A stretch of 64,000 nt of DNA from Octopus bimaculoides (taxonomy: Eukaryota): positions 3,201,579 through 3,265,578 of the forward strand of contig NC_068997.1 of the NCBI RefSeq assembly GCF_001194135.2. The letters run 5' to 3'. The stretch's first letter is position 1; each line of letters starts with the position of its first letter. This document shows, one piece after another, positions 50,451-63,789 of this stretch. A program made the position numbers and the translations under genes. Under the pieces are notes generated by a model. The model was given only the letters and a program-made list of their open reading frames with translations, had not been told where the DNA came from and did not search any database.

Positions 50451-51728
50451 CATACATACATATGTAGAGAGAGAAAGGGGGGAAAGAAAGAGACAGGGAG
50501 AGAGAAAGCACACACAGCAGACACTAATGCACACGTGTACGCACACACAGCTGAATCACACGCAAACGTATACGCGTACACACCCAAACACTCGCAAACG
50601 CACAACTGATACACACACTATCACGTACACACATCCAAGCACACGCACATACTAACCAATGAGCTGATGCCATCAGCTCACGTGCACATACACACACAGG
50701 GGTATAAGCACCATACACACACACTAAAGCATTCTTGCAGTAAGTGTGCACCCCAAACACACACAAGCAGTTGGTGTCGCTCAAGATTGTCACCCCATTA
50801 CTTAGACAGCGGGGTGACACCAACATCCTGTCAAACCACGCGGTCCGAGGAACATAGTTCGGGATTTCTATTTGATGTCACTGGTATTCTATGACCAATA
50901 TCATCAACATCATATTCCCAGCCTTGAACAACAACTGTTCAATCTCTTGTAGTTATTTTGAACTTGTACCGTCTTTCCATTCGGTCGCCTACCTTGACGA
51001 GCTAGGCTGGTATGACGAACCGACGAAACTTGAAGCTGCACCGAAACGAATCAAACTGTTGTTTGTGATGTGTGTGTGTGTGTATGCGTGCGTGCCTGTG
51101 CATGCGTGTCGCGTGCGAGAGAGAAACTGTGTATCTGTGTATGCTGAGGAGGTCAATGTCAACGACGTGGTGACAAAGAAAGAAGAATAAAGAGGCAGAG
51201 TGAGAAAGAGAACGAGAATGGTAGAAAGTAATAGACTCAGACAGAACGCAAGAGAGAGAGAGAGGGGGAGAGAGGGAAAGAGAGCGGAGTGTGGGAGAGA
51301 GAGAGAAAGAGAGCTGTAGAGACGGGTTGAGAAATGCTTAGCGCAAGATTCGTTTTAAGGTAAAATCTAAAGTTTATTTTAGTCTGAGAGTAGGAATGTT
51401 ATTCTGGTATGTTGTATTGATTAGTTTTTGTGGGGTAAATTATTGATTGGATGTAATGCTGTGCGTATGTGTGTGTGTATTTGTGTGCGTGTAATTGTGA
51501 GTGTGTGTGTGTGTGTATTAGTGTGTGTATGTATGAATGTGTGCGTGTGTTTGCTGATCGAAGATGTAAATGCTTAATTGTAAGTAGCTCCATGTCACCA
51601 GTTATTAGCAGTAATTGTTCTTAACTAAAACTGCTGTCGACACATCTTCGACAGAATCTACATTAATAAACAGTCCAAGTCTGGATTAAAGCACTTCTTG
51701 GAATTACGATGTTTATTCTTCCATAGAC

Positions 51729-51784
<56 letters not shown>

Positions 51785-52014
51785 TACAAACACAGTACCA
51801 TGTCTTAGAAGACTGCAAGAGTTTATATTGCTGTCACGTGCATAGATTTCTGGAAAATTGTGATCAGTCTATATTCAGTTTCGTATATATTTTGTAGAAT
51901 AAAATGAGGGAACTTTACATAACAACATGTTAGGTCAGTTGAAATAGTAGTATAAATAATGCAGTTCATATAAGTTTAAAATTTTGGCACAAGGTCAGCA
52001 ATTCTCAAGGAGGA

Positions 52015-52155
52015 GATAAGTCGATTACATCGACTCCAGGTGCTCAACTGATACTTATTTAATCGACCCTGAAAGGTAGAAAGGCAAAGTCGACACCGGC
52101 GGAATTTGGACTCAGAACGTAAATTCGCAAGAAACGTCGGTAAGCTCACCGCCTT
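52015..52155 (-). mobile_element. SINE (GGCGG-headed family)
   Basis: AAGTCGATTACATCGAC...AAAGGCAAAGTCGAC...GGCGGAATTTG...CACCGCCTT. Confidence 0.8.
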
Positions 52156-52224
52156 GGGTGCACTTAATATTGATTCCAAGTTTTGGCCCAACATCAGCAA
52201 CGTCGGTGGATAGGTAAGATAGCT

Positions 52225-52390
52225 AAGTCGATTACATCGACCCCAGTATTCGACTGGTAGTTACTTTATCGATATCGAAGGGATGAAAGGCAAAGTCATC
52301 CTTCGGCGGAATTTGCACTAACAACGTAAGAACGGATGACATACCGCTAAGAATTTTGCCCAGCATGTTAACGAATCTACCTTGGCTGCA
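52225..52390 (-). mobile_element. SINE, tandem with the previous copy
   Basis: Same motif series as 52015-52155. Confidence 0.8.
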
Positions 52391-52422
52391 GTTAATATTA
52401 ACGAACAGTACTAAACTCCATT

Positions 52423-52472
<50 letters not shown>

Positions 52473-52511
52473 NNNNNNNNNNNNNNNNNNNNNNNNNNNN
52501 NNNNTATATAT

Positions 52512-52546
<35 letters not shown>

Positions 52547-52964
52547 CAATCTGTCTGTCTATCCCTCTATCTATCCATCTCTCTATAATGGTAAGAATCT
52601 CACAAGACAGCTGAACAGCAAAAACCACCCACTCAGACAAATGCTTCGATTCTTATCTTACACTCTAAGGAAACCGATCCGCATTCAGGTCATGACCCCT
52701 GTGTTCCCTTCTGCCGATACTTTATAGCCACTTGGATATCGGAGGTTGGTGCATTCAAACAGCTTGGTGATTTCAACTAGGTGGAGCTTTTTCCTGTAGA
52801 CTCAGCTTGCAAACTTGTACTTAAAGAAGAAATAATGTTGGTTGACAAGTTAGCGGCGAAACCTCGTTACCACATTGACTCTCTCAGGGTTACTTCCCTT
52901 GGCGTTGAAATGCTCAAATATTCTTTTCTACTCAAGGCACAAGGCTCGAAATTTCTGGAGAGGA

Positions 52965-53130
52965 GGCCAGTCGATTAGATCGACCCCAGTACGCAACTGG
53001 TACTTAATTTATCGACCCCTAAAGGATGAAAGGCAAAGTCGATCTCGGTGGAATTTGAACCCAGACAAACGAAATACCACTAAAAATTTCGCCCGGCGTG
53101 CTAACGTTTTTGCTAGCTCGCAGCCTTGAA
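52965..53130 (-). mobile_element. SINE (GGCGG-headed family)
   Basis: GTCGATTAGATCGACCCCAGTAC...AAAGGCAAAGTCGATCTCGGTGGAATTTGAAC...GCTAGCTCGCAGCCTT. Confidence 0.8.
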
Positions 53131-53334
53131 ATACTCAAATATAATTTTCAATCGGTTTGCAGGTTGATTTTGTCTTCCTCGATGAGATCTAACTGGAACA
53201 CCTTCTGTTGTCTTTGATATTGCCTTCAGTGCTTTGGTCCTGTTCTTCCCAGACACTGAGAGTCGTTTCATTATATTTTAAACAGATTTGACCGTAAAAC
53301 CTCAGGTTCTATGGCGAGAACTATGATGACGATG

Positions 53335-53409
<75 letters not shown>

Positions 53410-53697
53410 GCAACAGGATCAAAGAGAAAGACAACATATTGCCCAAGTGGCAATAAGATCAAAGAGAAAGAAGAAAAACTGAATTGTGACTGAAACGGTT
53501 TGAAGTGGGAAATACGCAGATGGTGGGCAATGAACGTGAGTGGACGTGATTCCAGTAGTAATTGGCGAGCTTGAAAGTATAAGCACTCAACAAACAGCGT
53601 GGCTCAAAAAGACTGGTTTAAATGTTAAGATAGAACACATACAAAAACAGCATTGCTTGGATCTGCAACAGTCATCCGCAGGGTTCTTGAAAAATGA
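53410..53697 (+). mobile_element. R4-like RLE C-terminal fragment directly after (ATA)n
   Basis: GNKIKEKEEK..LKWEIRRWW...KTALLGSATVIRRVLEK*, preceded by the (ATA)n tract at about 53336-53408. Confidence 0.65.
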
Positions 53698-53749
53698 TCG
53701 GTAAACAAATGTCACCTTCGTCTGATGGCTGTGCATAGCTGATGCTTTC

Positions 53750-54010
53750 CATTATACCCAGGAAAATAAGTTGCGAGATTTTATCAAATAATAATGAAAA
53801 TATCGAGAAGTATGATCCTCTGAAGAAGTAAGACGGAAATTTGTGAAAGATGAAGAAGGTTCTAGTTATTTCAGCGATGATCGGAGCGTTTGGATGCATA
53901 TCGAATAGTTTCAAACACTCTGTAAATAAAATCGGAATTGATGCAAGGCGACAGATCATGCAGAAGAATTAACTATGGTGGGATCAGAAAGTAAAAGAGT
54001 CCTGAATGCT
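53750..54010 (+). mobile_element. Second R4-like RLE C-terminal fragment
   Basis: NNENIEKYDPLKK..NL*KMKKVLVISAMIGAFG..IMQK; same C-terminal signature, more decayed. Confidence 0.5.
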
Positions 54011-57000
54011 TCGAGCTTAAATTCCTCTTCCTAAAATTAATTAACTCGACAGAAAGAAAAGTATCGTGGAAAGAAGAAAAATGAGAATAACAAAGAAATG
54101 TGTGTTGTTCTATGTTAGGACTTGAGGAACATCGCGAAGTTCGAGTGAATGGAAATGACAGAACCTTATGTATACGGGCAGCTGTTACGATATAGATCCG
54201 TATATATACACGAACACACACGCATATGTATAATCTATAAACGTTTTATACCATAAGGCATACACACGCACATACATATATAGGTATATCGTAGAAGCCA
54301 ACGCGTGACCGATTGACTTCTTTCTAAACTCAATGTATCCATGCAAATCTTCCAAGAGTCCAAAGAGTTATTGTGCGTGAACTTGTCTTGAGTGGATAAA
54401 GTCTTGTGCAACACTTAACCCACTTTTCAATGCAATCAGCTAATAACACCAGTGGCACAACAGATGTTGGGACAACCAGACATCGACTGCACTTCAGCAT
54501 TTTTAATACGAGTTTACCTTGTCCTCGGAAGACGTTCTAACGAGAAGTAAGGGTCCTTCACGCACAGTGGTTCATATACGAGTTAATCCATAGCTGGTGC
54601 TACGAGTCTGGGTCAGAGAAGAACTGGGAACAACAGTGACTATGTGGTAGTTCCCACCCACCCCTTAAAACTCTGGAATTCCTGTACCTGGGCACTGCAG
54701 TCGGATACAGTTTAAAGCCAGTATACGTATAAATATGTGTGTGCGTTATGTTTCAGTGTGTACCTGTGCATATGCGTGTGTATGTGCATGCATGTATGTG
54801 CTTATGTGCGTGTATATATATCTAAATTGTAAACTCAAGATTGTTCAAAGAATATATTACTCTATATATACTTTATTTAGATATGGACAGAACACAAAAA
54901 GAAATATAGGGGCAAATGTTATTGTATGTGTATTTGCCCGCGCGTGAGTGTGTAGGGGGGTATGTCCATATATGTGTATGTGTGTATGTATATGTATGTG
55001 AGTGTGCATGTACGTATGTATGTGCAAGCATGTATATATACATATATGCATAAATACGCTCACATGCAAACACACATGCACACAAACATATGCGCTTGCG
55101 TATGTATAGAAATCTGCAAGTGCAGCATGCATAAACATACACAGCTACTACGTATTCCAACAATATATAGAATTATTTCTACGTTCATATTCGTGCTTGT
55201 ATTGCAGGTATTCTTGTGTTTGTATGAGTTTTATCTCGCTTCATCTATATTTTCTTATTCCGAATTCATTGCCTCGTCTCTTTATTCTCTGTAACCAATC
55301 CATGCAGCTGCAAAGGTTTGTTACAAGTACAAAGGTTTACTCTATAAGCCGTAGCTACTGCTTCTGCTGCTGCTGTTACATATGTGGTTACTATCGGTGC
55401 TATTGTGTTCAGACAGCCATTCTATGAATTATATGTGTAGAACCGCTGAACTTAACACCAGAATATTTTCGAAGATAAAATGAAGTCGGGAATTCGTTGA
55501 AGCTGGTTCTGTTATTGTCAGTTAGCGCAAAAGAAATCAAAGCGATTCATGTGATAATTTCTTCAGGATTTCGTCAGAGGTCTTCTTTCAACAAAGATCT
55601 TCATTCAACCAGATTCTTTCAAGCATCTTCACCCAGCCATCTTTATTCAGCCATTCATATACCATGATAAACTCGGCATTCACTAAATAATATCTTATTA
55701 CTTTATTGCGTATGAAATGCAACGTTGGTTGACAAAGGCGATAAAGAGGTCACGATAAGAATTAGTACAAGATTCAGCGGTTCGCTTCTCGTCAATACCT
55801 TAAAATTGGTTCCGAGGTTAAAAAACGTAAAATTTTAAATGCCTTGCCCACTTCATTATATCAATACTTTGTTGTCCTTGTTGTTATTGCTGTTGCTGAT
55901 ACTGTCTAGCCTAAAACCAGCCTTAATCATCCTTCGATCTAAAAAGATCTCTCTCATGATGGCCCATTCCTATATCATTATCTAGTAGAGTGTTTCTAGG
56001 GTTGCTTCAGCTCAAGTCAAATGCATTTCTCTTTTCAAGAGGATATCAGTTGAAGGAGTGTTGTCAGTTTTTGCTGTTTGTTGTGTGACCACGCAGATGT
56101 TTCTACTTTGGGTCCTGGTATAAATAAGTACAGTGTTGAATTAGCTGAGAAGTACCTGAAGCGACTTCGTAGCTGAGTTCAAATCCCATCAGAAAAGTTC
56201 ACATCTATCGTTTACTACCGATACTAGTATAGATTCTGCTCCTTAGTGCTTCTTAGTGTACAGTTAGCTCTCCTTAGCCCTCCCCACTCATTTTTCTGCT
56301 CTAGTCACCCGTATTGTTCATCCCCTCTTCGTAACTGGAACTAACCACTATGTTCATTTTTCGTCAGACCTCCATAATTCACCCAACTCAGCCCATTTTT
56401 ACCGCCAGCCATCAACTTCTAGCTGACGTTCCAGAAGATCTACACCTGCGTCAATCACATCCATCTCTGACGAACTGTTAAGTCATCGGAACAATCCCTA
56501 CTCCACCTTATCAACAAAAGGAGTATTTACACCTTGTCGGATTAAGCGAACAACCACAGCAAGGGCAGAAAAATCTTTAACAGCGACCCTATGACTCAAA
56601 AGATTATGACGCTGTCATCATCACATCAGAGTTGCTCGCATGCATACATAGATACATACACATATGTATATACATACATATATATATGCAAACGTGTGGG
56701 CATGTGTAAGAGTGCGTGTGTGCATGTGTGTGTATACCTACATACATAGAGAGAGAGAGCAAGAGAAAGAGAGAGAAGTGGAAATTAACAGGAGAAAGTG
56801 TTGTTAATGCATGTACATGATTTGATATGGGCAATTTTTTTCGAGAAGCAGAGTGCATGAGATATGGTTCAACATCAGGCGCCCTAATGAAAATATTCCA
56901 GATAATTTTTTTTGTTTGGAGTGCCATGCACAAAGTCCCCGTCACGCAGGTTGCCAATGGCTGCATTATAGTATGATTATTAAATTTATTTGCTTGCTAT

Positions 57001-57889
57001 CATTCACGCCGATGCTCGAAGTTTCCACGTCCTCTATATTTCGTCAGGTGGCAATGTATCTGATTTGAAGATAAACAATTTACTAAAGCACAAGATATCA
57101 ATTGAAATGTCTACGGAACATTATAATTACTGAAGATCTTGACATACATTTACATCTGCCCCACAGTTTCTCCTCAACCTGAGATATTTGATCTGTGTCT
57201 TCATTCACCTGGCGCCCTCTGTGTACTACTACTGAAATTAACGTAATCGATAGAGATCAATAAAGTTTACCTGGTTTTGTTCATTCGGGAGAATGTAGGT
57301 GAGTAGATTGTGAAGAAAGTCAAATCAATCTTGTTGATTTACGAACAGTTGTCGATTGTGCATACACCAACGCCTTCCAACCACATCCTCAGCCATCACG
57401 CCACCACTACCTCACCACTACCTCACCAGCAGCATAACTCCATCATTACCGATAACATTATCATTATCCCCACCACCTACAAATCTAGTTCTAAATGTTC
57501 TTAGATCTGGCAGTGCTACCTTATAAAACAGAAAGACACATTGGATAAAGTAATCCAAGGTAGATATATACGGACTGTTTGTATAAACGAGTGCATGAGG
57601 TTATTTGAAATTACTATGATCGTATGTTTGCAATGACAGGAGTGAGCTGAGGTTAAACAACAATAAAATTTAAAATGTGTGGTGAAAAGTTTGCTTCGTA
57701 ATCACAAAGTTCCGGTTTCGGTCCCACTGCGTGACGCCTTTCGCAAGTGCATTTTACTGTGGCCCTTGGTCGACCAAAGCAAGCCATGTGAGTAGGTTTA
57801 TTATAACACAGTCCTGAGTTCCAGACATGACTGGAATCACGGCTGGAAAGCTTGTGATCAGAGATGCACTCAATGGGAGTTGGCCTGGG

Positions 57890-58862
57890 GCTAAACAAAA
57901 ACGGTTATTACTACAAACAACAACTACAATACTAAAACCATTTTAACATTAAACACCATCTCTACCTCTATCAACATCACCACCATCATCAGTATTATCA
58001 CAAACACCATCGCATCCTCCACTACCACCACCACAACCAACTTCACTACTATTATGACACCCACCATCATCGCCCACACCACCAGCACCACCACCATCAT
58101 CATCATCACCACATTCAATAACAAAAGCATACATCACTACTACTACGACACCAGCACTACCGCCATCAATAGCATCGCCACCACCACCACCACCGCCATC
58201 ACCACGATCACCACCACCACCATAACCCCATCGCTAAAACCACAACGATTGACATCAGAAATAACAAGATTAGCCTCTCATCACCACCACCACCACCACC
58301 GCCATCACCACGATCACCACCACCACCATAANNNNNNNNNNCCAGCACTACCGCCATCAATAGCATCGCCACCACCACCACCACTACCACCACTACTACC
58401 AAGAACATCATCACCACTCCCACAGTTACAAACTGCAGCATAATACTACCACAACCACCGCCACCACCTCCACCACTACTACAACTACTAGTATAACTAC
58501 TACTACTCTTACTACTACTATTGCTACTACTTCTACTACTACTACTACCGCCATTATGAAAAACAACATCGTTCATATAACCACCACCACCACCACTACG
58601 ACTGCCACCAGTAAAAGTTGTAAGGTCACAACCAAAATATTACTAATACTACAAACCACCAGCAATACCACCACCGCCACCAACACCAACACATTCAACA
58701 ACATCACCATCCTAACTACCACCTCAACCACTTCTAATAACATCACTGCCACGACAAGCACTCCCTCTAGCAACAACATCAGCATCACTATGTCTACCAT
58801 CACTACCGCCACCCCTACTGTTATATCTATCCCCACCACTGCCACCCTCCCTACAAATCTTC

Positions 58863-58910
<48 letters not shown>

Positions 58911-59150
58911 TCTCTCTTACCTCTGATGACTCGTTGCCAATGTGCTCAGCATCACACCAGTTCCATGATGTCATGTTAATTACACATGCCATGACACATC
59001 GATTGATGCAGTGGTGCATATAACAGCGCAACCTCCCCCACCACACCCAACACCATCACCATCACTACTACCACTACCACTACCTCCAGCTCCACTCCCA
59101 TCAGTCAGCTCCGCCATAATTGCCATCATCATCATCATCGCCTACGTCAA
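57890..59150 (+). repeat. Cryptic (ACC/CAC/ACT) low-complexity tract with embedded (CT)n
   Basis: Directly visible; source of the T/H/V-rich ORFs. Confidence 0.9.
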
Positions 59151-60704
59151 GTCTACTTTGTATACTGTCAACGCTATCGTTTATTTAACACTGTCTCTTT
59201 TATCACCAAATCTTCACCAATCACCTTAGTTGTACACGAAGAAGACTCAATGTGGTCGTTGGTCTTGCCAGGAATAGCAGTTTAATCTCCTTGAAATCGT
59301 ATATTAGCATCTTAGGAAAGGAACACCTTGGATTATGGAATCCTGGGTTTCTGCAACACAAAATAAATACTGAACGGCCTTCTGAGGAATGCGTTTAGTC
59401 ATAGGTCTCCACGATCAAACCTCGCCTGGGGCTAAGCAACAACAGCAAAAACAACAACAGCAGCCTACTGATGTTAGAAACTAAAGAACGATCTTGTTAG
59501 TAACAGCAGCCAAATTTAATTTAAGTTACATCTTGGTGTCATTAAATAGGATTGGTACACGGGATAACAAGTGCAGTTTAGTCTAAGGTGTACAGTATCC
59601 AAAATTAAAACGCGATGGTGAAAGGTAGATTGTCTTCGAATTCAGAACTTATTGAGAACCAAATAACGACGACCGCAGCAATAGTAACAATTAGAACTAC
59701 TGCTTCTATTGTCTCTGACTTTTCGATAGGTTTTGAGCTCTTAGAAGAGAGTTGATATTGTTTTCCGAAAGAATTTATCATTTCGAAATTGGATTAGGTT
59801 GTCTCTTCCATTCCCTTCTCTTCCACTAACACAATATTTCTCTTGTCGTCCTCCAGATTCCTTAGTGGGTTCATTTTTGCCTGCTTTTATTTGGGGCAAC
59901 AGTGATATTTGTAAAGGACTTAGAGTAGCTTACTTTAATCTGGATTCATTTGGGAAGGGGCCATGCGTTCAAGAATCCCTTTCTTTTTCTCCTGCCTATC
60001 ATCGCCAGTCAACGGTAGCTAAATCCTATATGTAATCTGTAATCTGCTTTGTGTTTATGAAAGAGAGCCATGGTCTATCTCATTTCCTCCTCAGTAAAAT
60101 TGCGGATGAGTCAATTATCTCTACTTCCGTTTCGTGTTCTCAGATTTTCGCATGTTGACAATTAATGTCTGCTGCTCTCTATCACCAAACACCTCTCTTT
60201 TTCGCTCCTCCATTCTTGAGCAACGTATTCAAATATGGTTTGGGATCCAACAAATGCTGGAATAGGGTTTTAAGACTTCAGTCAATAGTCTAACTTCATT
60301 TCTTACCCCTTCTTTATGGTGCACAGTAGGTATAACTTTGCGGTCTGTGGTGCTTATGGACACCTGGATGACAGCATGTTATTGAGTGAGACTTGTGCAT
60401 TAGGAACAGCAAATCCATATTGTCACCAATGTTCCTAGCCATCATCCTTCACTCATTATTACGCACGTAATGCAGCACCATCCTGTGATTGGTCGTACAT
60501 TGAGACCTATGTATTTTTCCTACCCATTTAGTGCAGCACTCTTCTGTGGAGAGTTATGAAAATAAAGTGCTCTTGTCGAAAAAGCATTCATCCTGCAACA
60601 CGCTGGCCATAGTAGATATGGGAAAAATGACGATAAAAACAGTATGTAGTTTATGTCATTTGCTCCCTACGTACGTTTCAACGTTGTGGCTAGTTGCATC
60701 CTCT

Positions 60705-61000
60705 AGTGAAGGCGCGTAGCTTGGAGGTTGCGAGTGTGATTCCCGGTGGTGCGTCTTGTCCTTGAGCAAGATAATTTATTTCACGTTGAACCAGTCCACT
60801 CAGCTAGCGAAAACGAATTGTACCAATATTTCATAGGGTTACCCTTGTCACATTCTGTGTCAAGTTGAATCTTGCTGAGAGCTACGTTAAAGGTACGTGT
60901 GTCTGTGGAGTGCTCAGCCACTTGTATGTTGATTTCAGGAACAGACTATTCCATTGATCGTATGAACTGGAACCCTCGTCGTCATAACGAACAGACTACA
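60705..61000 (+). mobile_element. tRNA-derived SINE (family of 9180-9500)
   Basis: GATTCCCGG...CCTTGAGCAAGATAATTTATTTCACGTTG..CCAGTCCACTCAGCT...GAGTGCTCAGCCACTTG...CTCGTCGTC. Confidence 0.75.
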
Positions 61001-61495
61001 CCTTTTGTGTATTTGCCTCCTCTTCGGTGAGAGTTCCGAGTGTGATTGTATGCTGAAACACAATTGTTCATCAGGGGAATATTTATATTATATTATGAAT
61101 CATTTCAATTGTAAAAACATTATGCACTAGAACGTCCTCTGAAGAGGTGTTGTGGTGATGTACCCAATCGCACTTGGTATACCCACTGGTGAGAATGCAA
61201 ATAAACAAAATAGCAAAACGAACGTAAAGATCGAGCACCGTCGTCAGTCTAACGATGGCAAATAGGCTGAAGCTTTGAAGTCGCAATCAACATTTCGCTT
61301 GTAAGAAAACAAATATGTATTGTACTTTGTTCAAATGAATTCAGTCAGCCTTCACTTAAATGTTCAACTGATGTACGTATATATATANNNNNNNNNNNNN
61401 NNNNNNNNNNNNNNNNNNNNNNNNNNNNNNNNNNNNNNNNNNNNNNNNNNNNNNNNNNNNNNNNNNNNNNNNNNNNNNNNNNNNNNNNNNGTGTA

Positions 61496-61533
<38 letters not shown>

Positions 61534-61949
61534 CACACTGTGTATCGCTGGCTTTATATGAAACTTTGCATAAGACAAAATATATGTATGTATGTGTATG
61601 CGTGTGTCTGTGTGTGTGCACGCGCCTTCGCATGTGTGTATGTGTGTGCTTGTTTATAAGGGGCGCAGGTGTATGTATATGTATGCGTGGATTATCTATT
61701 GCATGAGCTTGTACTTTTTTCTTTTCGTCTTCTTCGTCACCTGGGTAATTTAAATGTGACGCAAAAAAGCTGATTATCCTTCAGAAGCAATACGCTAGTG
61801 GCACATTCGACTGCCTGAGCTACTGATTTTTAACCAGGGGTAATATTTTCATAGTAACCGTACAAACACACATACATGAGTGTGTGTGCGCGTAAAGATA
61901 GATAGATAAATGTATAGATAGGTAGATAGACAGATAGATAGATTGATAT

Positions 61950-62010
<61 letters not shown>

Positions 62011-62545
62011 CAGGCAGACAAACAGACAGACACACCCCAGGTTCATGTATCTACATGTGTTGTTATTATTACTGTTGTTTCCCCTTCCTAATATGCGTGT
62101 CGAGTAATGAAATCTATCGCGTGTATAGAATGAGCTGATTGATTACAGGTATTCGTTCATCGAAGACGTAAGCGTGCCTTACACGCGCGCGCGCACACAC
62201 GCACACACACACTCTCTCTCTCTCACGCACACACACACACACACACACATACACACTCTCGCTCTCTAAAGCACAGATACACACTGGCATACACATACAC
62301 ACTCATATACTTTAGATGCAGTCCCGCTCTGTCACTCTTGTACTCCATCTAGTGTGTATCTGTGTGTATGCAGGTATATATGTGTATGAGTATGTATATA
62401 TGTATACATCCATCAATCAATCTATCAATGAATATATATGTATATGTATGTATGTATGTATGTATGTGTGCGTATGCGTGTGTATATTGTATGTCCATAC
62501 TATGCGTAGAGTCATACACATAAATGAATCAAGACACGTTTCGAC

Positions 62546-62583
<38 letters not shown>

Positions 62584-62682
62584 NNNNNNNNNNNNNNNNN
62601 NNNNNNNNNNNNNNNNNNNNNNNNNNNNNNNNNNNNNNNNNNNNNNNNNNNNNNNNNNNNNNNNNNNNNNNNNNNNNNNNNN

Positions 62683-63045
62683 NGTGGCGGTAGTGGTGGT
62701 AGTGGTGGTGGTGGTGGTACAGGTGGTGGTGTTAGATTTGGCGGTGGATGTGGGTGTTTTTTTTTTGGTCATGGGGGATGTAGTGGTTGTGCTGTTTGTA
62801 ATGGCAGTAATGTTTGTGGCGGTGGTGGTGGTGGATGTGCTACGCTGGTGGTGTTGGTAAATGTGGGGGCTGGATGTTGTGGTGAGTGTGGTATGGTGGT
62901 AGTGGCTGTGATGTGGGCGATAGTGGTGATGGTGGTGGTATGGCGGTATACTATCGATTCTGGTGGTTGTGGTGGTGGAAGTGGTGGAAGTGGTGCATGG
63001 AGGTTGCTGATAGTGATGGTGATGATGCTGGTGTCAGCAGCATTG
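62683..63045 (+). repeat. Cryptic (GGT/GTG) low-complexity tract
   Basis: Directly visible. Confidence 0.9.
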
Positions 63046-63114
63046 ATACAATATACATGTCAGAGTGTGTATGCGTGTGTGTCTTAGTGTGTGTATATGT
63101 GTGTGTGTATGTAC

Positions 63115-63145
<31 letters not shown>

Positions 63146-63789
63146 GATGTGTGTGTTCATGTGGTAACGTATAGTAATTCTCGAGTATTACAAACACACA
63201 CGCACAGATACTCACCCGCATACATATATACACGCACACACACACACACACACATTCCTATATCTACATATATATTTACAATTACATATGTATAATGTAT
63301 ACATACATACATGTATGTGTGTATATACATATAATATAATGTAATAATAATAATAATAATAATTATTATTATTATTATTATTATTATTNNNNNNNNNNTT
63401 CTCTTTCTCTTTCTCTCTCTCTCTCACACACACACAAACACACACAAACACATGCAAACATGTACACACACACACCCATTCACACACACACACATACACA
63501 CACGCACTTGCTTTGTCTCTCACACACATACACATAAGTGCGTACGCTTTATGCACAGCGGACGGGGAAAAAATCATAGAGAGGGGAGGAGGAAAAAATT
63601 CGCAGAGATAGACAAAGATAAAAAAGAGAGAAAGAGGGAGAGTGAGTGATGGTGTGAGTGAGAAAACGAGAGGGAGTAAATGAAGAGGAAGAATTTACTA
63701 TATCAAAGGAGTAGAAGAAAATGTTTGGTAATGTCTTTGACTGATGGAACCAATATTATATTCCTCAGATTGTAATTGTAGACAGTATT

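Noticed and set aside
56430-56595. ~55-aa open frame RSTPASITSISDELLSHRNNPY... after a weak acceptor
   Set aside because: Length is within chance expectation, no recognisable motif, and no partner exons found.
58151-58380. Duplicated CCAGCACTACCGCCATCAATAGCATCGCCACCACC and a His/Thr-rich ORF
   Set aside because: The duplicate begins immediately after a short N-gap (likely assembly overlap); the ORF is low-complexity translation.
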